From an uncultured Acidobacteriota bacterium (GTDB taxonomy: Bacteria; Acidobacteriota; Thermoanaerobaculia; Gp7-AA8): a stretch of 64,000 bases of DNA. Numbering within the stretch: position 1 is the first letter of the stretch; the number at the start of each line of letters is the position of its first letter. The translations under genes and the position numbers were made by a program. The notes under the pieces are model-generated. The model was not told the DNA's origin. It saw only the letters and a program-made list of their open reading frames with translations, and made no database searches. The stretch is taken from the NCBI GenBank assembly GCA_963822445.1, contig CAWGHO010000003.1, forward strand, positions 192,001-256,000, read 5' to 3'. Below are positions 21,558 to 29,975 of this stretch, piece after piece.

Positions 21558-22325
21558 ATGCGATCACTGCGTCCGCTCGCCACCGCGCTTCTGCTTCTCT
21601 CAGCTTCGTGCACCACGACCAACGTTCGACCAAACACGACACCGATCGAGGTCACCTGGCTGGGACATGCGGCGTTCCAGGTCGTTTCGGCCGGAGGGAC
21701 GACGCTGCTCATCGATCCGTTCCTCACGGACAACCCGGCCACGCCGGCCGAGCTGAAGGATCTCTCGCGCTACAAACCGAGCTTCATCCTCGTCACCCAC
21801 TCCCACGGCGATCACCTCGGCAACGCCATCGAACTGTCCAAGCGCAATCAGGCGCCGATCGTGGCGGTGAACATGCCCGCGCTTTATCAGAAGGAGAATC
21901 TGCCCGAGGCGTTGATCCAGACGGTGAACGTGGGAGGGACCGTGCGGCTCGGCGACGTCACCGTTCACGTCGTGCCGGCGATGCATGGCAGCGAGCCCAG
22001 TGGCCGCCCGGTGGGCTTCGTCATCGCCTTCGCCGATGGCCGCTCGCTCTATCACCAGGGCGACACCTGGGTCTTCGGCGACATGGCTCTGATCCAGGAG
22101 TTCTATCGCCCGACGATCATCCTGCTGAACGTCGGCGGACGCGCTTACGGCCAGAGCCCGGAAATCGCCCTTCGCGGCGTCAATCGCTATTTCGATCCCG
22201 AGATCATCGTGCCGATGCATTACGCGTCGATGCCGACGATGTCGACCGAGGAGGAGGTTCGCGCCGCCCTCGGACGAGACCGGCGGGTGCGCTTCATGAA
22301 GGTGGGGGAGAAGGGACACTTCTGA
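21558..22325 (+). CDS. Metallo-beta-lactamase-fold metal-dependent hydrolase (UPF0173-like), probable lipoprotein
   Basis: TWLGHAAF, IDPF, THSHGDH, YHQGDT, PMHY. Lipobox-like LSASC. Confidence 0.88.
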   Translation: MRSLRPLATALLLLSASCTTTNVRPNTTPIEVTWLGHAAFQVVSAGGTTLLIDPFLTDNPATPAELKDLSRYKPSFILVTHSHGDHLGNAIELSKRNQAPIVAVNMPALYQKENLPEALIQTVNVGGTVRLGDVTVHVVPAMHGSEPSGRPVGFVIAFADGRSLYHQGDTWVFGDMALIQEFYRPTIILLNVGGRAYGQSPEIALRGVNRYFDPEIIVPMHYASMPTMSTEEEVRAALGRDRRVRFMKVGEKGHF

Positions 22326-22705
22326 TGAAAAACGCATCAGCGAAGCCGGAGACGATCGACGACTACATCGCCGGGTTTCCCGAGAACATTCAGAAGATCC
22401 TGAAGAAGATCCGCGCGACGATTCGACGTGCCGCGCCGGATGCGGAAGAGGCGATCAAGTATCAGATCCCGACCTTCACCCTGAATGGCAACCTCGTTCA
22501 TTTCGCCGCATTCAAGAACCACATCGGCTTTTATCCAGCGCCGAGCGGCACGGCGAAGTTCAAGAAGGAGCTCTCCGTTTACGAAGCCGGGAAGGGCTCG
22601 GTGCAGTTTCCGTTGGACGAGCCGATTCCTTACGACCTGATCACGAAGATCGTGGAGTTCCGCGTCAAGGAAAGCGCCGCTAAAGCAAAGGCGAAGAAGA
22701 AGTGA
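22325..22705 (+). CDS. DUF1801/YdhG-like protein
   Basis: TIDDYIAGF..EEAIKYQIPTF..FAAFKNHIGFYP..KGSVQFP. Start overlaps the upstream stop (TGATG). Confidence 0.85.
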   Translation: MKNASAKPETIDDYIAGFPENIQKILKKIRATIRRAAPDAEEAIKYQIPTFTLNGNLVHFAAFKNHIGFYPAPSGTAKFKKELSVYEAGKGSVQFPLDEPIPYDLITKIVEFRVKESAAKAKAKKK

Positions 22706-23169
22706 CTCTCGCGGGCGCGCTCGATTTCGATTTCCTCCATGGCCGATGGGACGTCGCGCACCGCAGACTGCGCGAGCGGCTGGCCGGATGTGATGAGTGG
22801 GTGGCGCTGACGGGGATTGCCGAGGTTCATCCCGTTCTGTGCGGGCTGGGCAATGTGGACCGCGTCACGTTTGACGGTCACGACCACGAAGGCATGACCT
22901 TGCGCCTCTTCGACGTGGACACGCACGTCTGGACCATTCACTGGGCCGATTCGCGCACCGGCCGTCTCGATCCGCCGATGAGCGGACGCTTCGAATCCGG
23001 CGTAGGCGTATTCTTCGGGGACGACACCCACGCCGGACGCGTGATCCGCGTCCGCTTCATCTGGCGTTCCACCGCCGCCGGGCCGCGGTGGGAACAGGCG
23101 TTCTCGAGCGACGGCGGCGTGACGTGGGAAACGAACTGGATCATGGACTTCACGCGGAGGAATGAATGA
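22702..23169 (+). CDS. DUF1579-like hypothetical protein
   Basis: DFDFLHGRW..RRL, RWEQAFSSDGGVTWETNWIMDF. GTGA overlap. Confidence 0.7.
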   Translation: MTLAGALDFDFLHGRWDVAHRRLRERLAGCDEWVALTGIAEVHPVLCGLGNVDRVTFDGHDHEGMTLRLFDVDTHVWTIHWADSRTGRLDPPMSGRFESGVGVFFGDDTHAGRVIRVRFIWRSTAAGPRWEQAFSSDGGVTWETNWIMDFTRRNE

Positions 23170-23441
23170 GTGACGAGAAAATCCTCACCAAACATCCCCA
23201 GGGCAAGAGCGGGAAGAACATCGATAAGAAGAAATACGACGCGATGTCGCGGGCGATCGGTTCCGTGTTGCGCGGCAAGGAGCTGACGCACACGGAACTG
23301 ATGGCGCGCGTCGACGAGAAGCTCGAGGGCAAGTTCGACGGCAACATCGGCTGGTATGCCGAGACGGTGAAGCTCGATCTCGAAGCGCGGCGCGTCATCG
23401 AGCGGACCGCATCGCGTCCGCAGCGCTACCGGCTGCGGTAG
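23166..23441 (+). CDS. Small winged-helix-like conserved protein (DUF6958-like)
   Basis: HPQGKSG.NI.K.KY..WYAETVKLDLEAR. ATGA overlap. Confidence 0.7.
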   Translation: MSDEKILTKHPQGKSGKNIDKKKYDAMSRAIGSVLRGKELTHTELMARVDEKLEGKFDGNIGWYAETVKLDLEARRVIERTASRPQRYRLR

Positions 23442-23449
23442 AACGTTCG

Positions 23450-24694
23450 TTATCGCCGCGGGGCAATCTTCCAGAGCTGTCCGTTCGATTCGTCGGTCAC
23501 CACGTAGAGCGCGCCGTCCGGACCCTGACGCACGTCGCGGATGCGCTGTCCGCGATCGGTCAGGAGATGTTCTTCGCCGGTCACGCGATTGTTCTTCAAC
23601 TCCAGGCGGACGAGCCGTTGCTCGCGGAGTGCGCCGATGAAGAGACTGCCCTTCCACGAGGGAAACGCGTTGCCGGTGTACACCTCCATGCCGGAAGGCG
23701 CGATGACGGGATCCCAGTAGTAGACCGGGTCGACGAAGCCGCTGCGCGTGGTGACGGAGCTCGCGATCGGATCGCCTGAATATTCTTCGCCGAAGGTGAC
23801 CAGCGGCCAGCCGTAGTTCTTCCCCTTCTCGATGAGGTTCAACTCGTCGCCGCCCTTCGCGCCGTGCTCGACGGTCCAGAGCCGTCCCTGCGGGTCGAAG
23901 ACCGCTGACTGGATGTTGCGATGGCCGAGGGACCAGATTTCCGGGCGGGCGTTGGTCTGGCCGGTGAAGGGATTGTCGTTGGGGGCGGTGCCGTCGGGAC
24001 GGATGCGAAGGACCTTGCCCATGTGGCTGTCGAGGTGCTGGGCCTGGGGGCGGATGACTTTGCTCGAGCGGTCGCCGGTGGTGACGTAGAGCATGCCGTC
24101 GCGTCCGAACATGAGGCGCGAGCCGAAGTGGGCCGCGCCGTCGAACGTCGGGAGCGCGCGGAAGATCACCCGGACGTTGTCGAGACGCGTGCGATCGGTG
24201 CTCAGCACGCCGCGGGCGACGCTCGTGGCATTGCCGCCGGTGCGCGGTTCGGAGTAGCTCCAGTAGATCGTCCGGTCGGTGGCGAAGGTGGGGCTGAGTG
24301 CGACGTCGAGCAGGCCGCCCTGTCCGCGATCGTCGACGTCCGGCACTCCCTGAATCGGTGCGCCGATGGTGCCGCTCGCGCTGACGATGCGCATCGTCCC
24401 CGGCTTTTCGGTGATGAGGAGATCGCCGCCGGGCAACGGCTCGACCGCCCAGGGACTGTCCAACCCCCTCGCCACCACGGTGACGTCGAACGCAACGCTG
24501 GATTTCACACCGCACGCGCGGGTCTGTCCGGCAAAGGTCGGGCGCTGGTCGGGAACGTTCGCCCGCCCGGTCTCGAGCGGCTTGCAGTCCGCGGATTTCG
24601 CCGCCGTCGCGTTCGCGTCATTGGCCACCGCCGACTGCTGCCCGCAGGCGACGAGTGCCAACCCGGCGACGATGCTGAAAAGTGCTGCGCGCAT
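23450..24694 (-). CDS. PQQ-dependent glucose/sorbosone dehydrogenase family lipoprotein
   Basis: Lipobox LVAC, GQGGLLDVAL, HFGSRL, EIWSLGHRN, EHGAKGGDELN, NYGWP, IAPSG, RIRDVRQGPDG. Confidence 0.92.
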   Translation of the reverse strand: MRAALFSIVAGLALVACGQQSAVANDANATAAKSADCKPLETGRANVPDQRPTFAGQTRACGVKSSVAFDVTVVARGLDSPWAVEPLPGGDLLITEKPGTMRIVSASGTIGAPIQGVPDVDDRGQGGLLDVALSPTFATDRTIYWSYSEPRTGGNATSVARGVLSTDRTRLDNVRVIFRALPTFDGAAHFGSRLMFGRDGMLYVTTGDRSSKVIRPQAQHLDSHMGKVLRIRPDGTAPNDNPFTGQTNARPEIWSLGHRNIQSAVFDPQGRLWTVEHGAKGGDELNLIEKGKNYGWPLVTFGEEYSGDPIASSVTTRSGFVDPVYYWDPVIAPSGMEVYTGNAFPSWKGSLFIGALREQRLVRLELKNNRVTGEEHLLTDRGQRIRDVRQGPDGALYVVTDESNGQLWKIAPRR

Positions 24695-24743
24695 GAGGTC
24701 TCCTTGGGGGAGGGATGGTGCAAGGGGCGTGCGGGAGCGCGGC

Positions 24744-24829
24744 GGTTACGGGATTACGAGGTTTCGGGGTTACGAGGCATTTGAAAACGTACTTCTTTCC
24801 ACCTCGTAACCCCGTAACCCCGTAACCTC
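24744..24829. repeat. Inverted repeat built from tandem 8-mers (GGTTACGR)n ... (YCGTAACC)n
   Basis: Left arm GGTTACGG GATTACGA GGTTTCGG GGTTACGA GG. Right arm CC TCGTAACC CCGTAACC CCGTAACC TC. Spacer ~24 nt, intergenic. Confidence 0.8.
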
Positions 24830-25367
24830 AACGTCCCCTCACCCTCCGCCGCACCCCCGCCCAGTAAATGACGTAGTAACCCAGCACCGCCGCGCCCGCG
24901 CCCATCGAGCCGGCCGCGCCGGACGATGCGATCCAGGACTCGCCGGCAGGCGTGGTCTGCCAGGCGTGCCAGGCGCGCCAGAAGCCGTAGAAAATCCGCG
25001 CGGTCACGATCAGGGTGATGATCAGGATCAGCCAGCGATTCGGCGTGTAGTGCAGGCCCTGATGCGACGTCTCCCAGCGGCTCAAAGCCAGTCCGAGGAA
25101 GCCCAGCGCGTAGCCGCAGGCGGAGCCGATGAGCGCGTAGCGGAACGCGTTCGGAATCCAGGCGTTGCTGATCGCCGCCGTCACGAGCAGGACAGTCGAT
25201 GACAGCAGCGCCGCGAACAGGTTCAGCGAGATCAGCCAGCCCCACGCGCGCCGCCGCGTCGATCCCGCGCGAAAGCGCATGGCGATCGACAGCGGCAGCA
25301 TGACCACCATGAAAACGAACACGCCGGCGATCACCGCGGCGACGGCAAGTAAAGGCACGCCCCGCAC
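24828..25367 (-). CDS. Membrane protein (DUF1453-like)
   Basis: Five hydrophobic helices, RFRAGSTRRRAWGW, LHYTPNRWL. Confidence 0.7.
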   Translation of the reverse strand: MRGVPLLAVAAVIAGVFVFMVVMLPLSIAMRFRAGSTRRRAWGWLISLNLFAALLSSTVLLVTAAISNAWIPNAFRYALIGSACGYALGFLGLALSRWETSHQGLHYTPNRWLILIITLIVTARIFYGFWRAWHAWQTTPAGESWIASSGAAGSMGAGAAVLGYYVIYWAGVRRRVRGR

Positions 25368-25375
25368 TGGAGCAA

Positions 25376-28300
25376 TTACTCGGCCGGGTTTGCTGCGTCC
25401 GCCGTGTTGTCCTCCGGCTTGCGATCGAGCAGGGTGTGATCGGGATCGATGGCCGCGCTCGCGGGCTTGCGCGCCGACGTCACGATCACCGTGATCGTCT
25501 GCGTTCCCGACCGGATGCGATGCGGGTTACGGTAGATCGATTTTCCGCCGTCATCGAACACAGCGACTTCGATCGCGTCGTTCATCGGCACCGGCTTCTC
25601 TTTCCCCATCGCGTTGCCTTTGAGCTTCTGCGCCTCGACTTCCAGCTCAACTCGATAAGTCCCGTTGACCGCCGCCCGCACATCGACCTTCTTCGTCTTC
25701 AGATCCCAGAAGGTGATCTCCTCGAACAGTTCCTTGAGCAGGTAGTGCATGTCCGGCGGCGTAGCCGCACGAAGCTCGGCGTAGAGATCGAGCGAGGTCG
25801 CGAACGGCGGCCGTTGCGGATCGAACTTCGCCAGCAGATTGCGCAATGCGCCGTTGACGCGATCCACGCCGGCCAGCTCGCGCAGCGCGTACATCGCGAA
25901 CGGACCGGTGCGATAGGCATCGAGGCGGTCCCACGCGCGAAGCAGCGGAACCTCGCGGGTCTGGTGCGGAGCCATGTACTCGCGCCGCATGATCCGCAGA
26001 AGCCGATCGAGATGGTCGCGGCCGTAGGTCTGTTCGACGACGAGCATCGCGCTGTACCAGGCCAGGCTCTCGCTCAGAATCGGCGCGCCCTCGACCACGG
26101 CCGGCACGAGCTGGTGACCCCACCACTGATGCCCCATCTCGTGCGCCATGACCGCAAACGGGAAATCGATCTTCCGTTCATCATCCTCGACGCGAACCAG
26201 CGCGAACCCCTCCGAATACTCGATCATCCCCGGGAACGACGTCAGTCCCAGTCCGCGGCCGGTGCTCGGGTATTCGACGAGCCGCAACTGCTTATGCGGA
26301 TACGGGCTGTAGTGGCGCGTGTGATAGTCGAGCGAGGCCCTGGTGCTCTGCAGCATCCGCTCGAGGTTTCGGGTGTGCGGCGGATGATGGAGGATCTCGA
26401 TGTGGACGTCCTTCCACTTCGCCCGATGGACCGCGTACTTTGCCGAATAGATCGCATACGAGTTGGCGATCGGCAGGTCGGTCACATAGTGAAAGTAGCG
26501 GCGGCCGTTCTCGGTCCAGGTGCGTTGTAGTTGACCGGGAGCGACGCCGGTTTGATTCGCGTCCGTCCCGATGATCGTCTCCAGCTCGATCTTCTCGCGG
26601 CCCCGCTGCACGCTCCGCGCGGCCACGTCCTCGAGCGCGGGAATCGAGCGCTGCTTCGGGAGCCCGTGCCGCTTGCGCGGAGCGTCGTACTGCAGCTCGC
26701 GGCTCGGTTGATAGCCGACGAACGGAAGCCATTGCCGGTCGCCGTGATTGTGATCGGCGCGATGTTGAATCCAGGAGCCGTTGCCGGTCACGCTCGGAAT
26801 CCAGCCGTTGTTCCCGAATCCGCGCGGCGCGGAGACGATCTCGAAATTCATCCGCACCGACTCGCCGGGCTGCACCGGTTTGCCGAGCGCGTAGATGTGG
26901 TAGCCATGTTCTTCGTCGGTGAGGACATTGCGCGACGGGCGATCGAACGACACGTCGTTCGTCTCGACCTCCGGATACACGACGAGATGAATCGCGTCGA
27001 TGGCGGCGGTGCTCCGGTTCTCCAGTCGATAGCTGCCACGAATCGTGGCCGCCTTCTTCTCGGGATAGAAATCGACCTGCAGTTTCGTCGCGGCCAGCAG
27101 CGGTTGCGCGAGCGATCGATACTTGCCATACCGCCGCTCATACTCCGCGCGGTGCTCGTCGCGCTCGGCGTCGGTCCAGTAGGGGTTCAGGACGTTCGTG
27201 TTGTAGAAAACGAAGCCGCCCGCGCCGGCGATGATCGCCAGCGCGACCGCGGCAATCACCGAAGGCCACCGCGTCAGCCGCCGCCGCGCGAGCGAAGCAC
27301 GCCAGCGAAGGGCGCGCTCTTCCCCGCGCATCCAGAACAGATACGCCACGACGCCGCACAGCAACGCCCAGCCCAACCAGTACGACGTGAACCAGAGCCA
27401 CGGCCCGACCTGCGCGCCGAATCCGCTCATCTGCGAGTATGCCGGTTCGGGTGCGCTGCCGTAGAGCAGGAGGTTGTGCTCGATGCCGAGCTCGCGCGCC
27501 AGCTGCATGCCGATGTAGGCCAGCACGGCCACGACGTTGCCGACGTACTTCTGATTCACCAGAACGTGAATCAGCATCGCCAGCGCCGCGAACAGCAGGT
27601 AGCCGCTGAGCTGGAAGCCGAAGAGCATCTTCAGGTAGAGCCCGAGCTCGATGTCGTGGAAACCGAGCATCGCCTGCACCGTCACGCCGGACGCGAGAAA
27701 GATCACCTCGGTGATGACGAGCATCAGGCCGAGGGCCAGGAACTTGCCAAGGAAGGAGACCCATTCGGGGACTGGCGCCACGTCGGCGATGGCGTTCACG
27801 CGTGCGTCGCGCTCCCGCCAGACCAGCGTTCCCGCGGAGAACGCGACCAGGATCGCGACGAGTCGCGCGAGCTCGCCCGCGGCGAAGACGTCGGCCACCC
27901 GCGCGGTCGTCGCCGCCCCCGGCGTCCCCAACTCGACCTCGAGCACCTCCGCCGTCGTGGCGATGAAGAGGATCGCCGTGAACGGCACGATCAGCCACGC
28001 CCGGCCCTTGTGGAGGTTTTGCAGAGATGCGACGGCAACCGCGAACAGTTGCCGCATGCGCGTGCGGACGCCGAACGTGCGCCGGGCTGTGGGAACTGTG
28101 ATGCCGGTCCAGCGGACGGTGGGCACGTCGTCGATTGTCGCCTTGCGTCCCCAGCTCCATCCGCGGCTGCCCGCGGCAACCGCGGCGAATCGAAAGCGTG
28201 CATGCGCGATCGCGAGCACGACCAGCGCGACGCCGAGCCAGAGCAGGCGGTTCGAGAGGAGCGGGCCTTCGAACGCGATCGCCATCGTGTTTTTCTGCAG

Positions 28301-28978
28301 CGGGTTGTAAGTCCGCCAGAGCGAGACCAGTGCGGTGTAGCCGAGGGGATCGAGGAGCCTGGCCAGGGGCCAGTTGTGGAGGCGGCCGGCGATGAAACCC
28401 TGGGCGATGAACGCGGAGAAGAAGAGGACCACCGCGCCCGCGTAGGCCGCGCCGGCGCGACGGCTGAGCGTCGCCAGCGAGAAGAGCACCGCCGTGGCCA
28501 CGAACGCATTCGGCAAAGCCAGGAAGAAGTAAGCCGTCAAATACCCCTCGGCACGAAAGGGCCCGAGCAGCTCCGGCCCCATGCCCGGCATCCACGTCGC
28601 CATGAGCAACGCCAGCGGAACCGCGCCGAGAAGGAGCGCGTTGACGGCGAACGCGCCGAGAAAGCGGCCGCTGACGTACAAGCCTTTGCGCAGAGGCGTG
28701 GTGTAGAGGAGTGAGTCGAGACGCAATTCGCCATCGCGCGTCGCGGCGTCACTGGCGACTGCCGCCGTGACCAGCAGCGACAGCATGCTGGCGATGATGG
28801 TGATCAGGCCGATGACGACCGGTGCGTTGAAGAAGTAACCGTCATCGCGCGCGTCGAGGAAGATGATGAAGTCCAGCGCCAGCGCGAATCCAAAAAAGAT
28901 CGCGAAGTAGATCCGCGTCGAGATGCGGCTGACCTGATAACCGAGCTCGAAGCGGAAGACCTCCCAGGTCTTCGTCAT
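25376..28978 (-). CDS. ABC-2 type permease fused to M1-family zinc aminopeptidase
   Basis: Two permease-like multi-TM halves followed by a gluzincin motif AHEMGHQWW...LSESLAWYS. Confidence 0.9.
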   Translation of the reverse strand: MTKTWEVFRFELGYQVSRISTRIYFAIFFGFALALDFIIFLDARDDGYFFNAPVVIGLITIIASMLSLLVTAAVASDAATRDGELRLDSLLYTTPLRKGLYVSGRFLGAFAVNALLLGAVPLALLMATWMPGMGPELLGPFRAEGYLTAYFFLALPNAFVATAVLFSLATLSRRAGAAYAGAVVLFFSAFIAQGFIAGRLHNWPLARLLDPLGYTALVSLWRTYNPLQKNTMAIAFEGPLLSNRLLWLGVALVVLAIAHARFRFAAVAAGSRGWSWGRKATIDDVPTVRWTGITVPTARRTFGVRTRMRQLFAVAVASLQNLHKGRAWLIVPFTAILFIATTAEVLEVELGTPGAATTARVADVFAAGELARLVAILVAFSAGTLVWRERDARVNAIADVAPVPEWVSFLGKFLALGLMLVITEVIFLASGVTVQAMLGFHDIELGLYLKMLFGFQLSGYLLFAALAMLIHVLVNQKYVGNVVAVLAYIGMQLARELGIEHNLLLYGSAPEPAYSQMSGFGAQVGPWLWFTSYWLGWALLCGVVAYLFWMRGEERALRWRASLARRRLTRWPSVIAAVALAIIAGAGGFVFYNTNVLNPYWTDAERDEHRAEYERRYGKYRSLAQPLLAATKLQVDFYPEKKAATIRGSYRLENRSTAAIDAIHLVVYPEVETNDVSFDRPSRNVLTDEEHGYHIYALGKPVQPGESVRMNFEIVSAPRGFGNNGWIPSVTGNGSWIQHRADHNHGDRQWLPFVGYQPSRELQYDAPRKRHGLPKQRSIPALEDVAARSVQRGREKIELETIIGTDANQTGVAPGQLQRTWTENGRRYFHYVTDLPIANSYAIYSAKYAVHRAKWKDVHIEILHHPPHTRNLERMLQSTRASLDYHTRHYSPYPHKQLRLVEYPSTGRGLGLTSFPGMIEYSEGFALVRVEDDERKIDFPFAVMAHEMGHQWWGHQLVPAVVEGAPILSESLAWYSAMLVVEQTYGRDHLDRLLRIMRREYMAPHQTREVPLLRAWDRLDAYRTGPFAMYALRELAGVDRVNGALRNLLAKFDPQRPPFATSLDLYAELRAATPPDMHYLLKELFEEITFWDLKTKKVDVRAAVNGTYRVELEVEAQKLKGNAMGKEKPVPMNDAIEVAVFDDGGKSIYRNPHRIRSGTQTITVIVTSARKPASAAIDPDHTLLDRKPEDNTADAANPAE

Positions 28979-29886
28979 CGCGCGGCCTGAAGCGCCGGGA
29001 TCTGCAGACCGTAGTGGCCGTTCATCACGCTGAAGTAGACGTCCTGCAGATCAGGCTCCACGGCGTGGAATGCCGGCGACGGCGCGTGATCGCTCCACAT
29101 CCGCACGAGCGTGCGGCCGGAGAGGAGCTTGGTCGAGAGCATGGCGTGCTCCTGTTCGACGGCCGGCAGTTCTTCTTTGGTCACGACCCGTTCCCACACG
29201 CGTCCGCGCATTTCCTCGACCGCTGCGAGCGGCTCGGCCTCGAGGAGAATCCGCCCCTTGTCGATGATGGCCATGCGGGTGCAGAGCTCAGAGACGTCTT
29301 CGACGATGTGCGTGGAGAGGATGACCACGCTGTTCTCCCCGAGCTCGCTGAGCAGATTGAGAAAGCGGACGCGCTCCGCGGGATCGAGGCCGGCGGTCGG
29401 CTCGTCGACGATCAGCAGCTTCGGGTTGCCGAGGAGGGCGATGGCGATGCCGAAGCGCTGGCGCATGCCGCCGGAGTAGCCGCCGAGCTTCTGCTTGCGC
29501 ACGTCCCAGAGGTTGGTCTGCTTGAGCAACGCTTCGACGACGGCGCGGCGCTCGCCGCGATCGGCGATGCCTTCGAGAATGGCGAAGTGCTCGAGCAGTT
29601 TTTCGGCGGTGACGTGGCGATACACGCCGAAGTCCTGGGGCAGATAGCCGAGCGTCTCGCGTACGGCAGCTTTCTGGCGGACGACGTCGATGTCCCCGAG
29701 GTGGATCGTGCCTTCATCCGGTTCCTGAAGCGTGGCCAGGATGCGCATGAGCGTCGACTTGCCGGCGCCGTTCGGCCCGAGGAGTCCGAACATGCCCGCC
29801 GGGATGGTGAGGCTGACGTTCTGCAGTGCCTTGACGCCGTTCGGATAGGTTTTGGACAGGTTGTCGATGCGGAGATCGAGGGCCAT
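28975..29886 (-). CDS. ABC transporter ATP-binding protein
   Basis: GPNGAGKST, YSGGMRQR, LIVDEPTAGLD, LSTH. Confidence 0.95.
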   Translation of the reverse strand: MALDLRIDNLSKTYPNGVKALQNVSLTIPAGMFGLLGPNGAGKSTLMRILATLQEPDEGTIHLGDIDVVRQKAAVRETLGYLPQDFGVYRHVTAEKLLEHFAILEGIADRGERRAVVEALLKQTNLWDVRKQKLGGYSGGMRQRFGIAIALLGNPKLLIVDEPTAGLDPAERVRFLNLLSELGENSVVILSTHIVEDVSELCTRMAIIDKGRILLEAEPLAAVEEMRGRVWERVVTKEELPAVEQEHAMLSTKLLSGRTLVRMWSDHAPSPAFHAVEPDLQDVYFSVMNGHYGLQIPALQAAR

Positions 29887-29975
29887 TGCCGGGTTATTAC
29901 GTGCGGGGAAGGAAAAGGTGCACAGGGGCAAAAGCGCTGCCGCGTTGGCGCGGTGCGCTCACAGGCGATGGTGCT

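Noticed and set aside
21608-22324. Long N-terminal extension on the DUF1801 ORF (similar extensions on ORFs 19278..20648, 33161..35458, 44633..45997, 46111..48915)
   Set aside because: Overlaps upstream genes in another frame. Internal starts with an RBS or stop-start coupling fit better.
21558-22325. Antibiotic-resistance metallo-beta-lactamase (and class C beta-lactamase at 61223)
   Set aside because: Motifs match broad hydrolase superfamilies. There is no specific evidence for beta-lactam hydrolysis.
24744-24829. Possible mini-CRISPR or IS end
   Set aside because: Units are 8 nt, contiguous and inverted, with no spacers, cas genes or adjacent transposase.
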